A DNA stretch of 64,000 nucleotides from an uncultured Candidatus Saccharibacteria bacterium (GCA_964583485.1 CAZOVC010000002.1:2959-66958); one strand, 5' to 3'. Shown: positions 1 through 10,354, counted from the first letter of the stretch. Notes: generated from the sequence alone by a model not told the origin. Translations and numbers: made by a program.

Positions 1-224
<224 letters not shown>

Positions 225-695
225 TTATTTAGCTATTTTTACTCTAGCAGGTCTGATAACCTTGCTGTTTAAAATATAGCCCTTTTTAAATTCTTTAATA
301 ATAGTTCCAGATTTAGAATCGCTTTCAGCCATCTCCACTGATTCATGAAAATTAGGATCAAAATCTTTTTTTAAACAATCTATTTGTTCTACTCTTTGAT
401 TCTTTAAAAACTCTAATATCTGGTTTTTAATATTTAATATTCCCTTAACCCATTCATTTTTTTCTAAATCTTTGGGAAGTTTCTTCTCGGCAATATATAT
501 ATTATCTAAAATATCTAAAATATCCAATATTAATCCCTGATTAGCGAATTTCATCAGCTCGCTTACTCTTTCTGCTTCCTGTTTTTTGTAATTCAAAAAA
601 GAAGCTCTTTCTCTTTTCCAGTTTTCTAAATATTCCTGCTCTTTGTTTTTTTTATCTTGTTCTTTATCTTTTTCTTTATCTTTTTTATCATTCAT
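225..695 (-). CDS. grpE: Nucleotide exchange factor GrpE
   Basis: RERASFLNYKK, FDPNFHE and GYILNSKVIRPARVKI motifs; ATG at 695 preferred over the 731 start. Confidence 0.95.
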   Translation of the reverse strand: MNDKKDKEKDKEQDKKNKEQEYLENWKRERASFLNYKKQEAERVSELMKFANQGLILDILDILDNIYIAEKKLPKDLEKNEWVKGILNIKNQILEFLKNQRVEQIDCLKKDFDPNFHESVEMAESDSKSGTIIKEFKKGYILNSKVIRPARVKIAK

Positions 696-730
696 ACATC
701 TCATTATAAACAAGTCAAAAACAAAAGTCA

Positions 731-774
731 ATCTGCGGTTGATATCTGCGGTTGATATCGGATATCAACCAGCA
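731..774. repeat. Palindrome with tandemly duplicated left arm
   Basis: ATCTGCGGTTGAT twice, then GGTTGATATC-G-GATATCAACC. Confidence 0.8.
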
Positions 775-781
775 ATACTTT

Positions 782-1072
782 TTAAATTTTTTTAACTTTC
801 TTTCCTTTAAATTGCTTAATTTCTTGAAGCATTCCTTCTGTGGGCTCGCCGTATATCCACATTTCATCACACATCTCTAATAATTTTCTTCCCATTTCCA
901 TTCCAATTTCTCTTTCTTTTGAATCATCGTCATTTAAAAATTGGGTAAAATAAATATGAGGTGTAATAGGTATATGCCCAGCTAATACTACTTCCCTTGA
1001 ATACTTTTTAGCTCTTTCTATATTTTCTTCTATATTCCCCCTCAACGGACTACAAATAAATATCTTTTTCAT
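782..1072 (-). CDS. DUF4406-like (nucleoside deoxyribosyltransferase-like fold) small protein
   Basis: IFICSPLRG...PITPH...CDEMWIYG..TEGM..EI pattern, recognised from memory. Confidence 0.7.
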   Translation of the reverse strand: MKKIFICSPLRGNIEENIERAKKYSREVVLAGHIPITPHIYFTQFLNDDDSKEREIGMEMGRKLLEMCDEMWIYGEPTEGMLQEIKQFKGKKVKKI

Positions 1073-1095
1073 AATTTTTTGATTTTTTATTATAT

Positions 1096-1135
1096 TCTTG
1101 CGTTAAGCTCTTGCGTTAAGCTTAGCTTAACGCAA
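1096..1135. repeat. REP-like palindrome TTGCGTTAAGCTTAGCTTAACGCAA with duplicated left arm
   Basis: Identical 25-bp copy at 2716-2740; related AAGTAAGCTTAGCTTACTT near 2092-2111. Confidence 0.85.
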
Positions 1136-1148
1136 TCTATTTTCTACT

Positions 1149-2063
1149 TTATTTTTTAATTGAGATAGTTTCTGATTGAAAAAGATTTATTAAATCTTGT
1201 TTAAACTGCTCTAAATCCACTAAACCTCCGTAATAATCCAATGGAACCTGGACAGAATACTGTTCAAATTTCTGCCAGGCCTCTTCTTCTTGACCAGCCA
1301 GCAGATAATTGACTGTAATGCAAACCAATAAAGGAGAATAATTCTCAAACTCTTCTGTTTCCTGTTCTGCTAATTGTTCTTTCAAATGATTTTCACAAAT
1401 AAAAGCTTCTTCAAGATAATCTTTTTCAAAATCAACATTATTGATTATAAACTGATCGTCTTCTACTTCTAAATATTGAGCAAAGAAATAGGAATTAACA
1501 TAAGGGGTATAAAAATAGGCAAACCTATCATCAAAAATCTTTATATAAAGATTTTTACCTTTCATAACTAAGCCTTCCTCTAAAATATGGGTCTCTCCCA
1601 AATCTAAAGTTCCTATAAATTTTAATTCATTATTTTCATCCAAGCAAAAGATATATTCGCTGAAACAACAGTGGGCGCCTCCCGAATAATCGCTAACAAT
1701 AATATATTTATTCCATTGATATTTAAAAGCTAAAATATCTAAAACCATATATAAAGGAGTGCTGGCAAAAACTTTTTCTCCTTTATTATAAACTTCAAAA
1801 TATCCGAATTCAAAACTTTCTAAATCTGGGGGATATATAACAAACTCAGCTGTACCAATCTCATACCTGTATTCTTCATCATATGGAACCTCTCCTGTTT
1901 TTAGAATTGAGAAATCCTTCCAGTCCAAAGTTCCTTCTTCGTCTTCAGATTTCTCTTGATCGGGCTGATAAAAAAAGAGATAAAAAACCACTGCTCCAAT
2001 TATAAAGGTAAATATAATAATTGTTATTACTATAGTTATTAAAACTAATATTTTTTTATCCAT
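1149..2063 (-). CDS. Hypothetical acidic protein with N-terminal membrane anchor
   Basis: 304-aa ORF, one N-terminal TM, YSGGAHCC motif. Confidence 0.7.
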   Translation of the reverse strand: MDKKILVLITIVITIIIFTFIIGAVVFYLFFYQPDQEKSEDEEGTLDWKDFSILKTGEVPYDEEYRYEIGTAEFVIYPPDLESFEFGYFEVYNKGEKVFASTPLYMVLDILAFKYQWNKYIIVSDYSGGAHCCFSEYIFCLDENNELKFIGTLDLGETHILEEGLVMKGKNLYIKIFDDRFAYFYTPYVNSYFFAQYLEVEDDQFIINNVDFEKDYLEEAFICENHLKEQLAEQETEEFENYSPLLVCITVNYLLAGQEEEAWQKFEQYSVQVPLDYYGGLVDLEQFKQDLINLFQSETISIKK

Positions 2064-2338
2064 AGATTTAACTTAATCAATTCTTTAATTTAAAGTAAGC
2101 TTAGCTTACTTAAGTATTATTAAAGAAAATATTTAAAGATGGTAAATAACATCTTTTCTTTCAACAATAATTTTCCAACCAACGCGTTTCGCGTATTGAT
2201 AAAGTTTTTTATATATGACCTTTCATTTTCATTCTACCCCTTCGCTTCGTTCAGGGCAAGTAGAAAATCGCCCAAAAAGCGATAAAAAAAGGAAGGTTTA
2301 ATCCTTCCTTAATTAGTTGAAACCCTTAAAAACCTAAT

Positions 2339-2536
2339 TTATGTAGCAAAGCAAGAAGATGAAATTGCAGCAGTTTTACAATCAGGATCACCACATAATC
2401 GAATTTGGTTGGATTTAAAAGTTTTCTCCCTTTTTTCCTCTGCGCCTAGGTTCCTTGGCACAAATCCTCCAGGGGTTTCAAGAAAGTCTTCGTCTAAAAA
2501 AGGGGCGTGCCTTTTCCCACATATTGGACAAATCAT
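2339..2536 (-). CDS. Small Cys-rich (possible Zn-binding) orphan protein
   Basis: CPIC...CGDPDC; upstream TTGACA-17-TATAAT (2622..2594) and GAAGGG SD-like site. Confidence 0.55.
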   Translation of the reverse strand: MICPICGKRHAPFLDEDFLETPGGFVPRNLGAEEKREKTFKSNQIRLCGDPDCKTAAISSSCFAT

Positions 2537-2715
2537 CTTCTTTCCCTTCAAAAATTATTCAAAAACTTGTATTCCATTGAAACTACTATTTATATTATAC
2601 ACCCGTTTTTTAATATTGTCAATGTTTTTGGGGTGGGTTAATCAATTTCTTCGCCCTTCCGTAGTTTTAACGAAGGAGGGTTTGATTTTTATTTAAAACT
2701 AGGCCCGGTCTACTT

Positions 2716-2740
2716 TTGCGTTAAGCTTAGCTTAACGCAA
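2716..2740. repeat. Second copy of 25-bp palindrome
   Basis: Identical to 1111-1135. Confidence 0.85.
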
Positions 2741-2764
2741 ATCGAGCTTCAACCTTAATAGACC

Positions 2765-3631
2765 TCAATAATCGTCCCGATGCTCATTAAATTTTTGAAG
2801 TCTTTGATTGAAAATAGCTTTCTCTTTGTTTAAAACATCAAATTTCTTAAGGGATTGATAAACATCTTCCAAATGAGCTTCAGTAAACTCATGTAAACCT
2901 TCGCTGTCATCTATCAGTTCCATAATAAACTTGTAATGAAATTTTTGGGCTTCTCGTAGGATTTCTATACCAACAAAGGGAGAAGTAGCAACCAAACGTT
3001 TCTTTATTATCCTCATTACTTCACAAAAAGCTGCCACCATCTCATCAGCACAGAAATAAATATCATACATTCTATAATTAGTCCATCCCTCAATCTCGCG
3101 AAATGCTTTTTGAACCTCTTTAAGAGAAAGAGGTCTATTCTTATCAGTATTAAAATGAGGCATCTTTGGCAAGCGACTATGCGGCCTCGGCTTTCCTCCT
3201 AATGCGGTTTCATCAGCAAGAACACGAAGTATTTCTAAATCAGCCTTAAGAGGATTTCTATAAAGTGCATTTATTTGGGCCCGAGAAATAAGCGGAGGAG
3301 CAATAGCATAAGATTTAATCTCTTCTTTTACTGGCCTGGCAATACTTCTCATTTCATCCCAAACAATTGCCACTGCCACCATATGTTTGCATATAGGACT
3401 ATACGATGAAGATCTATCGGCGTAAGGACAATTACACTCCCTACTTATTCCTCCACTAGTAAATTTAAGATTAACAACATATCGCTTTGCGCCCCTTACT
3501 GCAGCTTTAACTTCTTTTTCGCCGCTTTTGATAATATTAACTCTCCCACTATCTACGTAATCTTCTCCTCGATACCAAACCTCCTCATTAGTTTTATTTA
3601 GCAATAATTCAGTTGCTGATCTCATTTGCAT
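2765..3631 (-). CDS. SWIM zinc-finger domain protein
   Basis: RGEDY..SGRV and CNCP...ICKHMVAV SWIM signature. Confidence 0.85.
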   Translation of the reverse strand: MQMRSATELLLNKTNEEVWYRGEDYVDSGRVNIIKSGEKEVKAAVRGAKRYVVNLKFTSGGISRECNCPYADRSSSYSPICKHMVAVAIVWDEMRSIARPVKEEIKSYAIAPPLISRAQINALYRNPLKADLEILRVLADETALGGKPRPHSRLPKMPHFNTDKNRPLSLKEVQKAFREIEGWTNYRMYDIYFCADEMVAAFCEVMRIIKKRLVATSPFVGIEILREAQKFHYKFIMELIDDSEGLHEFTEAHLEDVYQSLKKFDVLNKEKAIFNQRLQKFNEHRDDY

Positions 3632-3802
3632 AATTTATTTTTCTTTTTTCATAATTTTAATCAATTCTTTGATTTTTTATTTCAATTATCGAGGTTCGAT
3701 CTCGATAGAAATATAATCTCATATATTCAATTTAACTCTTTTCTAACTTAAATTCAAGGACGACGACGGGGGCCTTGAGGCCAAGCCGCCTAAGGGAGAC
3801 CC

Positions 3803-3852
3803 AAAGTGTGCAAAACCGAGTTTTGCACACTCATTACGACGAATATGATTGT
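3803..3852. repeat. 50-bp dispersed repeat with palindrome, copy 1
   Basis: 49/50 identical to 50778-50827; core GTGTGCAAAAC-CGA-GTTTTGCACAC. Confidence 0.9.
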
Positions 3853-3951
3853 GAGGATTTTGGGGACGGTATCCCCTGCGAAGCATTGCGATAATAAAAA
3901 AGCCCAAATATAATTTTGTTCATAAATGGGCTTTAAAGAATAGAATCGAAT

Positions 3952-5364
3952 TTATTTCTTAAAAACAATGAATTTATAACCCAGAAAGTTCCAAACCATA
4001 GAAAACATAGTAGCAATTAACGCTCCAACAGTTGCCCAAATCTTGGGAGAAATTCCAGCTTGAGGACCAATTAAATTTACCGCCAAAGAAGCAATTCCCA
4101 CATTTATTACCAGCCCAATCGCGCTTATTATTAAAAATTGCAAAAACTCTGTTCCAGTTTTTTCAACCTTTATCTTTTTAAAGGTCCAGAATTTATTCCA
4201 AAGAAAACTGTTAATTATGGCTATTAAGAAAGAAACTCCTTTAAAAACTGGATAAAAAAGACCAGCAGTAATTCCGGTTAAAAGAATCTGTAAATTAAGC
4301 GCTCCCCAATCAATCAAAGTATTGGAAATTCCTACGGTTGCAAATTTTCCAGCCTGAAAAATAACTGGAACCTTTTTTCCTAAAACATAGGTAATATAAA
4401 GAGAAATTGCAGCTGCAATTGGAACAATAACTGCTAAAAATAAACCCCCACACCAAAAATTTGGTAGTGGGGGTAAACCCAGATAAAGTCCCCAGGTCCA
4501 AAAATCAAGTTCTAAGGTTTTTAAAATTGTAAAAGCCAGCCAGGCAACCATCTCGCCGATAATTAAAGCAGAAATCAAATCAGTTTTTCTCCAAGTAGCT
4601 GATTCTGCTTTTTCTTCTTTTTTCTCATACTTTCCCAAAATCAGATTCTGTTTGATTTTGAATGTCTCAAAAAGCATTTTAACCATACTTTTAAATTTTA
4701 CTTTGCTTTGCGCGTCATTTACCCAGGTTATGGGAATTTCTTTAATTTTATAGCCCAGTTTTTTTGCTATAACCAGAACTTCTGGATCAAATCCAAAATG
4801 GCGAATAAAGATTCTGGAAAAAATATCTTGAGCCGCTTTTTCTTTAAAACCTTTGAAACCGCATTGAGTATCTTTAATTTCCCAAAGGCCAATAATTATT
4901 TTTCTAACTAATTTAAAACCTCCTCCCAAAATTACTTTTCTTATCCAGGGTTGAGGCACAGACAGAACCGCTCCCTTAATATCTCTTGAGCCAATAACAA
5001 TATCATATCCTGCTTCAAATTCCGGCCACATTTTCTCAACCTGATCAATTGAAGTTGAATTATCAGCATCAGTAAAAATTCTATATTCTCCCTTGGCTTC
5101 AAATATCCCCTGTTTTACTCCAAAGCCCTTGCCCAGACGTTCTTTGAACTCAAGGACTTTTAAGTTTTCTATCTCCGGCATCAAATTCTTTACCTTCTCA
5201 ACCGTTCTGTCGCTTGAACCATCGCTTACTACAATAATTTCAGAAGTATATATTTGCTTTTTCAAATAATTATTGATTTCTCGCAAAGTTTTGGGCAATC
5301 TTTTTTCTTCATTATAAGCCGGAATAATGACTGAAAGATAGGTTTTTTGATTTTGATTATCCAT
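3952..5364 (-). CDS. GT2 polyprenyl-phosphate glycosyltransferase fused to C-terminal GtrA-like flippase domain
   Basis: SVIIPAYNE, DGSSD, DAD and DTQCGFK motifs; C-terminal NSFLWNKFWTF and WNFLGYKFIVF GtrA pattern. Confidence 0.9.
   Translation of the reverse strand: MDNQNQKTYLSVIIPAYNEEKRLPKTLREINNYLKKQIYTSEIIVVSDGSSDRTVEKVKNLMPEIENLKVLEFKERLGKGFGVKQGIFEAKGEYRIFTDADNSTSIDQVEKMWPEFEAGYDIVIGSRDIKGAVLSVPQPWIRKVILGGGFKLVRKIIIGLWEIKDTQCGFKGFKEKAAQDIFSRIFIRHFGFDPEVLVIAKKLGYKIKEIPITWVNDAQSKVKFKSMVKMLFETFKIKQNLILGKYEKKEEKAESATWRKTDLISALIIGEMVAWLAFTILKTLELDFWTWGLYLGLPPLPNFWCGGLFLAVIVPIAAAISLYITYVLGKKVPVIFQAGKFATVGISNTLIDWGALNLQILLTGITAGLFYPVFKGVSFLIAIINSFLWNKFWTFKKIKVEKTGTEFLQFLIISAIGLVINVGIASLAVNLIGPQAGISPKIWATVGALIATMFSMVWNFLGYKFIVFKK
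4440..4477. repeat. 33-nt palindromic element inserted in frame in GT2-GtrA (LPPLPNFWCGG)
   Basis: 37/38 identical to the reverse complement of 14700-14737. Confidence 0.9.
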
Positions 5365-5415
5365 TGCTTTTATTTTAACATTAAAGATGTTAAAATACTA
5401 TTAAGAGAATATACT

Positions 5416-7173
5416 ATGTCTAATCGTCTCACAAATTTAATCGCCGGGCTCCTGCTTATTATGGTATTCTTGGTTTGCTTTTTCGGTATGAAGAATGATT
5501 CAGCCACAATGGATGAAATGTCTCATATCCCGGCTGGCTATTCTTATTTAACACAGAAAGATTTTCGGATTAACCCGGAGCATCCGCCATTGGTAAAAGA
5601 CTTAGCCGCTGTTCCGCTTCTATTTTTAGACCTAAATTTCCCAGAAGACCATACTTCCTGGACTCAAGGAACTAATGAACAATGGAACTTCGGTTCTCAA
5701 TTCTTATATTATTCAGGAAATAATCCTGATCAAATTTTGTTTTGGGCCAGAATCCCAATGATTCTGCTTTTAATATTTTTAGGCTGGTTCATATTTCGCT
5801 GGGCAAAAGAATTAGGAGGAAACAAAGTTGCTCTTTTGGTCTTAACCCTATTTTCCTTCTCCCCTACTTTTTTAGCCCATGGAAGATTGGTAACTACTGA
5901 CGTGGCTGCGACCTTGGGAGTAGTTATGGCTTCTTATTTCTGGATAAAATTTCTAAAAAGTCCCACAAAAAAGAATATAATCTTAGCCGGCCTGATATTT
6001 GGAGTATCAATGCTTTTAAAGTTTTCTTTAGTTCTGGTTGTTCCCCTCTTTGCTGTAATTACTATTGTTTATACTCTCTTAAGGAAAAAACCTCTCCTAA
6101 AATATATTGGTTTGGCTTTTTTAGCAGGGATAATTGGAATGGTTCTTATCTGGCCGGTTTATCAGTTTCATCTTTTAAATTATCCAGCTGAACGCCAATT
6201 GCAGGATTCTAAGATTATTTTATCTTCGGGGGGTATAAATACTATAGAAAGTATTTGCGTCTGGATGGCTGATAAACCCGGATTAAGACCTTATGCTCAT
6301 TACTTTTTAGGGCTTCTAATGGCCAGTCAAAGAGTATCCGGCGGCAACACTGTGTATTTTTTTAATGAAATTTCAAATAGGGGCTGGTGGTATTATTTCC
6401 CTGTTGTTTACCTTTTAAAAATTCCTTTAGCTTTTCATATTTTAACCTTGATTGCTCTTTTATATGTATTCTGGCTAATTATAATTAAAAGGCCTTTCTG
6501 GCAAAATGTTTTTCATAGAATAAAAGAATGGATAAAAAATCATTTTCCCGAATTTTCAATGTTGGTATTTTTGGCAATTTATTGGTTCACTTCCATAACC
6601 GGAGCTCTTAATATTGGAATAAGGCATATTTTGCCTGTTTTTCCTTTCACATATATTTTAGTTGGTTTAGGAATATCAAAATGGATAAAAAGAATATCCA
6701 GCGCATCCTGGAAAAAAATGGGAATTTCTCTTGTCTCTGCGCTTCTGGGCTTTTACATAATTTCTTCTCTTTTGATTTGGCCCCACTATCTAACCTATTT
6801 TAATGAAATTGCCAAGGGTTCTAAAAATGGGTACAAATATGCAGTGGATTCAAACTATGATTGGGGCCAGGACTTGAAAAGACTAAAAAAATGGGTGGAT
6901 GAAAATGAGATTGAGAAAATTTATCTTAGTTATTTTGGCGGAGGCAACCCTGAATATTATCTAAAGGAAAAATATGCTCCCTGGTGGGGTGACCGTAATA
7001 AAAAAGAACTTCCTCAAGGAAGTTATTTAGCAGTCTCTTTAACATTGCTTCAGGGAGGTAAGGGAAATCCTGCTCCCGGTTTTGACCAGCCAACCGGCTA
7101 TTATCGCTGGCTTGACGATTATGAGCCAATAACTAGAATTGGCAATTCAATATTTATTTATTATATTAATTAA
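5416..7173 (+). CDS. GT-C superfamily (ArnT/PMT-like) membrane glycosyltransferase
   Basis: TMDE..H, NPEHPPL.K, DSNYDWGQD motifs and many TM segments; start set at MSNR (5416). Confidence 0.85.
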   Translation: MSNRLTNLIAGLLLIMVFLVCFFGMKNDSATMDEMSHIPAGYSYLTQKDFRINPEHPPLVKDLAAVPLLFLDLNFPEDHTSWTQGTNEQWNFGSQFLYYSGNNPDQILFWARIPMILLLIFLGWFIFRWAKELGGNKVALLVLTLFSFSPTFLAHGRLVTTDVAATLGVVMASYFWIKFLKSPTKKNIILAGLIFGVSMLLKFSLVLVVPLFAVITIVYTLLRKKPLLKYIGLAFLAGIIGMVLIWPVYQFHLLNYPAERQLQDSKIILSSGGINTIESICVWMADKPGLRPYAHYFLGLLMASQRVSGGNTVYFFNEISNRGWWYYFPVVYLLKIPLAFHILTLIALLYVFWLIIIKRPFWQNVFHRIKEWIKNHFPEFSMLVFLAIYWFTSITGALNIGIRHILPVFPFTYILVGLGISKWIKRISSASWKKMGISLVSALLGFYIISSLLIWPHYLTYFNEIAKGSKNGYKYAVDSNYDWGQDLKRLKKWVDENEIEKIYLSYFGGGNPEYYLKEKYAPWWGDRNKKELPQGSYLAVSLTLLQGGKGNPAPGFDQPTGYYRWLDDYEPITRIGNSIFIYYIN

Positions 7174-7231
7174 CCCCGGTTAAATACTGCTTCGCAGTAA
7201 TTTCACCAAAGGTGAAATTATTTAACTGGGT
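7173..7231. repeat. ACCCCGTTA...TAACGGGGT-type inverted-repeat element (possible terminator)
   Basis: Nested hairpins; related elements at 15815-15848 and 17120-17197. Confidence 0.6.
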
Positions 7232-7254
7232 TAACGATTTTCAGGGTAAACCCT

Positions 7255-8007
7255 TCAACGATTTTCAGGATAAATATAGATTTTTTTAAATCGCAAGTCA
7301 ACATATTCAAGATTCTCTCTATTTTCAAGAGAGATTTTTTCTTTCAGCAAAATACCAAACTCTTCTAATTGCCAGTCCAGGTCTTTTTCAGGATTAAAAT
7401 AGATACTCCAACCTTCCATAGTTTTAACATCTATTCTTTTTTCAGATTTTATCAGGATTTCCTCAATAGGAATCTTTAAATCACTTTTTAACACAGAATT
7501 TATTTTTAAAATCTGGTTTAACTGTTCTTTTTGAACAATGTCTTGCTCGCTTTTAATAATTAACATTTCAGAAGGTATCTCCGAAATCTTTTCAAAAATC
7601 ACTGCTTCTTTGTCAATAAAGAAATATTCTTCATTTTTAGAAAAAACAACAACTGGTTTTCTTTCTTCAATTTGAACTAATAAAACATCGGGAAGATCTC
7701 TTTTTATATCTATATTTGCAATTTGAGGATATTTTTCTAAAAGCATCCTATCTATTTCTTGCAAATCAGCCAGAAAAATATTCTTAGCATTATCGGAAAT
7801 GATAATTCTAATTTCTTCAGCAGAGGTTTTCTCGGCTCCCAAAACTGCTATATTTTTTATTTGAAAGACAGAAGAAAAAATAAAAAAATAAAATAAACCT
7901 GATAAAATAATAAAAAACAAAAGACCCAGCCCAAAAAACTTATTCTTAAAGATATTAAAAATGGACTTTTTCTTTTTTGTCCTGAATGATTTTTTATATT
8001 TCCTCAT
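7255..8007 (-). CDS. ftsQ: Cell division protein FtsQ/DivIB (POTRA domain)
   Basis: Basic N-terminus, TM, POTRA (IKRDLPDVLLVQIEER), C-terminal YVDLRF. Confidence 0.85.
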   Translation of the reverse strand: MRKYKKSFRTKKKKSIFNIFKNKFFGLGLLFFIILSGLFYFFIFSSVFQIKNIAVLGAEKTSAEEIRIIISDNAKNIFLADLQEIDRMLLEKYPQIANIDIKRDLPDVLLVQIEERKPVVVFSKNEEYFFIDKEAVIFEKISEIPSEMLIIKSEQDIVQKEQLNQILKINSVLKSDLKIPIEEILIKSEKRIDVKTMEGWSIYFNPEKDLDWQLEEFGILLKEKISLENRENLEYVDLRFKKIYIYPENR

Positions 8008-9035
8008 AGACCTCTTTTGATTTTCCTTATTTTTTCAAATGGACGCGTTATTAAAATATACACCCTTGAAAGAGGCAGATCCTGAGTTTGAACATAATCC
8101 TTTCTATAGCCCCCAAAACCCTTTTTAAACAGGCTTAAACCGGCCCAGGCATGGTTTTTATTGCTATCAGGAGCAATACCCCAGAAATTATATCTTTGAC
8201 ATCCCCGCTTTTTAGCTTCTTTTATTGCCTCCCATTGCAAAAGATATGAAACTGGAATTTTGTTGTACTTTGATAAAGAAGCTCCATGATGATAAAACCC
8301 GATATTTTGCCAAAAAACAATAATAGCTGAAGAAACAATTTCATTCTTATATTTTCCTAAAAAGATCAAGATCTCATCATCCGGCAAAAAAGAGGAAAAT
8401 TGATTCTGAATATATTTTAAGGAAAAAGGCGTAAACTTATGGTGTTTTGCTGTAAAGCAATAAATTTCATTAAATTTTTTCAAGTCCTCAATGTTTTGGG
8501 TCTTTACTATTTCAATATCTATATTCTTTTCTGCCTGACGAATTAAATAACGAGCGGTCTTCCTCATATTCATCAAAAGTTCTTGTTCTGACCCTTTAAC
8601 ATCTAATTCCCATGTTGCTTCAGGATGAATATGAATAGGAGCATTTCTAAAACCCAGCTCTTCAAAAATCTTAATATTCTCTTCATTTCTTTCATAAATC
8701 GGCGCAATTCTAATAAAATGCGCCTTTTCCTGTTTAGCAATTTCTTTTAGTTTATTTGTAAGGTGACCGAGTGCCTTTTTGCTAAAAGTGACTCGGTCAC
8801 TTTTCGTAATTGGCCCATGAGGAACAAACAAAAAAGTTCCACGCTTTGCTTTTACTTTTATAACTAAAGCAACACTAATCAATTGTTCATTGTCATATAT
8901 TCCAAATCTCCAAATCTTCTCTCCTTCTCTTTTCTGAAATTCTCCCCAATTCCAAGAATCCAAAAACGTTTTCTCATCACATTTCAATAAAAACCCTTCC
9001 CAAACATCCTTATTATTTATTTCCTTTATTTCCAT
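8004..9035 (-). CDS. FemABX-family tRNA-dependent peptidoglycan aminoacyl transferase
   Basis: FLDSWNWGEF, PHGP, YLLQWEAIKEAK, YNFWGI and GLSLFKKGFGG motifs. Confidence 0.9.
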   Translation of the reverse strand: MEIKEINNKDVWEGFLLKCDEKTFLDSWNWGEFQKREGEKIWRFGIYDNEQLISVALVIKVKAKRGTFLFVPHGPITKSDRVTFSKKALGHLTNKLKEIAKQEKAHFIRIAPIYERNEENIKIFEELGFRNAPIHIHPEATWELDVKGSEQELLMNMRKTARYLIRQAEKNIDIEIVKTQNIEDLKKFNEIYCFTAKHHKFTPFSLKYIQNQFSSFLPDDEILIFLGKYKNEIVSSAIIVFWQNIGFYHHGASLSKYNKIPVSYLLQWEAIKEAKKRGCQRYNFWGIAPDSNKNHAWAGLSLFKKGFGGYRKDYVQTQDLPLSRVYILITRPFEKIRKIKRGL

Positions 9036-10270
9036 ATTTTAAGAAAATCTACTATTTTTTTAGCCTGTTTTTTTGATATATTTATATGAGTAGGAAGATT
9101 TAATGTTTGCTTTGACAATTTTTCTGCCTTTGGGCAGGTGCCAAGCTTATAACCTACTCTATCTAAATTTGTATCATCTGGAGCAATCGGGCTTGTGTAC
9201 CAATCCCCTATTAAGATATTTTTTCTCCACATCTTTTTAATTATTTTATGAGCTTTGCTATGTTTTATTGTAAATCTTAAAAATATAGAATTATCTTTTG
9301 GAGGAAGTTTAAAAGAAGTATTTTTTAGATTTTCAAAAAAGAAATCAGCAATTTCCTGTCTGTGTTTATTAAACCTCTCTAATTTCTTAAATTGATTTAA
9401 GGCAAGAATTGCCAAGGCATTAGGCATTCTTTTTGGAAAATATGACGGCTTTCTGCCCTGTTTTTCCTTCCAATGGACTGCTTTAGACATAAAATGAAGC
9501 CATTGGAATATAACTAAGACATACTTCCCATTTATTCTATAACTGGGCAGAATAAAGCTCATAAATATGGGATGTAATAACTGTTGTTTAATCCAAAAAT
9601 ATGATGGATAACTAAACTTGTCCTGAGCTTGCTGAAGTTTTTCAGCAAGCGAAGGGTCATTAGTAACAACCATTCCTCCATATACAGAAGAAATTACCTT
9701 ATCTCTGGAAAAACTAAAGAAAGCAGCTTTACCAAAACTACCTACTTTTTGATTGTAGTATTCAGCTCCTAACGCATGAGCGCAGTCCTCAATTAATATT
9801 AAATTATTCTCTTGGGCAGTTTTTCTAATTTCATTCATATTAGCAGGAATTCCAAATGTATGTTGAACCATTATAGCTCTACTTTTATCACTTACCTTAT
9901 TTCTTAAATCTTCTATATCAATATTAAAAGTATTTTCATCGCAATCAACATAAACTGGCTTTAAGCCATTCCATAAAATAGGATTTACAGCAGCATTGCA
10001 AGTAAATGCCTGAAGCAAAACTTCGCTTCCAGGTTCTAAATTAAGTCCTCTCAAAATAGCCATTAAGCAAGCTCTCCCGCTATTAAAAGCAAAAGCATAT
10101 TTTACACCTAAATATTTTTTAAACTCGTTTTCCAATTCTTCAATTGCCTCGCCGCGTCTCCACTTCCATAGACAAAAAACCAATTTCAAAGCTAGCCAAA
10201 TATCATCTTTTTCTACATTTGGCGATAATGATATTGTAATTGGTTTAAGGTATTGACAAATTTTAAGCAT
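9026..10270 (-). CDS. DegT/DnrJ/EryC1/StrS PLP-dependent aminotransferase
   Basis: NSGR, QHTFG, IEDCAHALG and FSFSRDK (PLP lysine) motifs. Confidence 0.9.
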   Translation of the reverse strand: MLKICQYLKPITISLSPNVEKDDIWLALKLVFCLWKWRRGEAIEELENEFKKYLGVKYAFAFNSGRACLMAILRGLNLEPGSEVLLQAFTCNAAVNPILWNGLKPVYVDCDENTFNIDIEDLRNKVSDKSRAIMVQHTFGIPANMNEIRKTAQENNLILIEDCAHALGAEYYNQKVGSFGKAAFFSFSRDKVISSVYGGMVVTNDPSLAEKLQQAQDKFSYPSYFWIKQQLLHPIFMSFILPSYRINGKYVLVIFQWLHFMSKAVHWKEKQGRKPSYFPKRMPNALAILALNQFKKLERFNKHRQEIADFFFENLKNTSFKLPPKDNSIFLRFTIKHSKAHKIIKKMWRKNILIGDWYTSPIAPDDTNLDRVGYKLGTCPKAEKLSKQTLNLPTHINISKKQAKKIVDFLKIWK

Positions 10271-10281
10271 TATGATATAAT
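10253..10281 (+). promoter_or_regulatory. Consensus sigma70 promoter for orphan 10355
   Basis: TTGACA-17-TATAAT with extended TG. Confidence 0.75.
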
Positions 10282-10354
10282 GTAGTTAGTAGAAAATAAG
10301 TTAATTGTAAAGTTATAAATTTGTTCACTAACAATTTGGAAAGGATAGATAACC

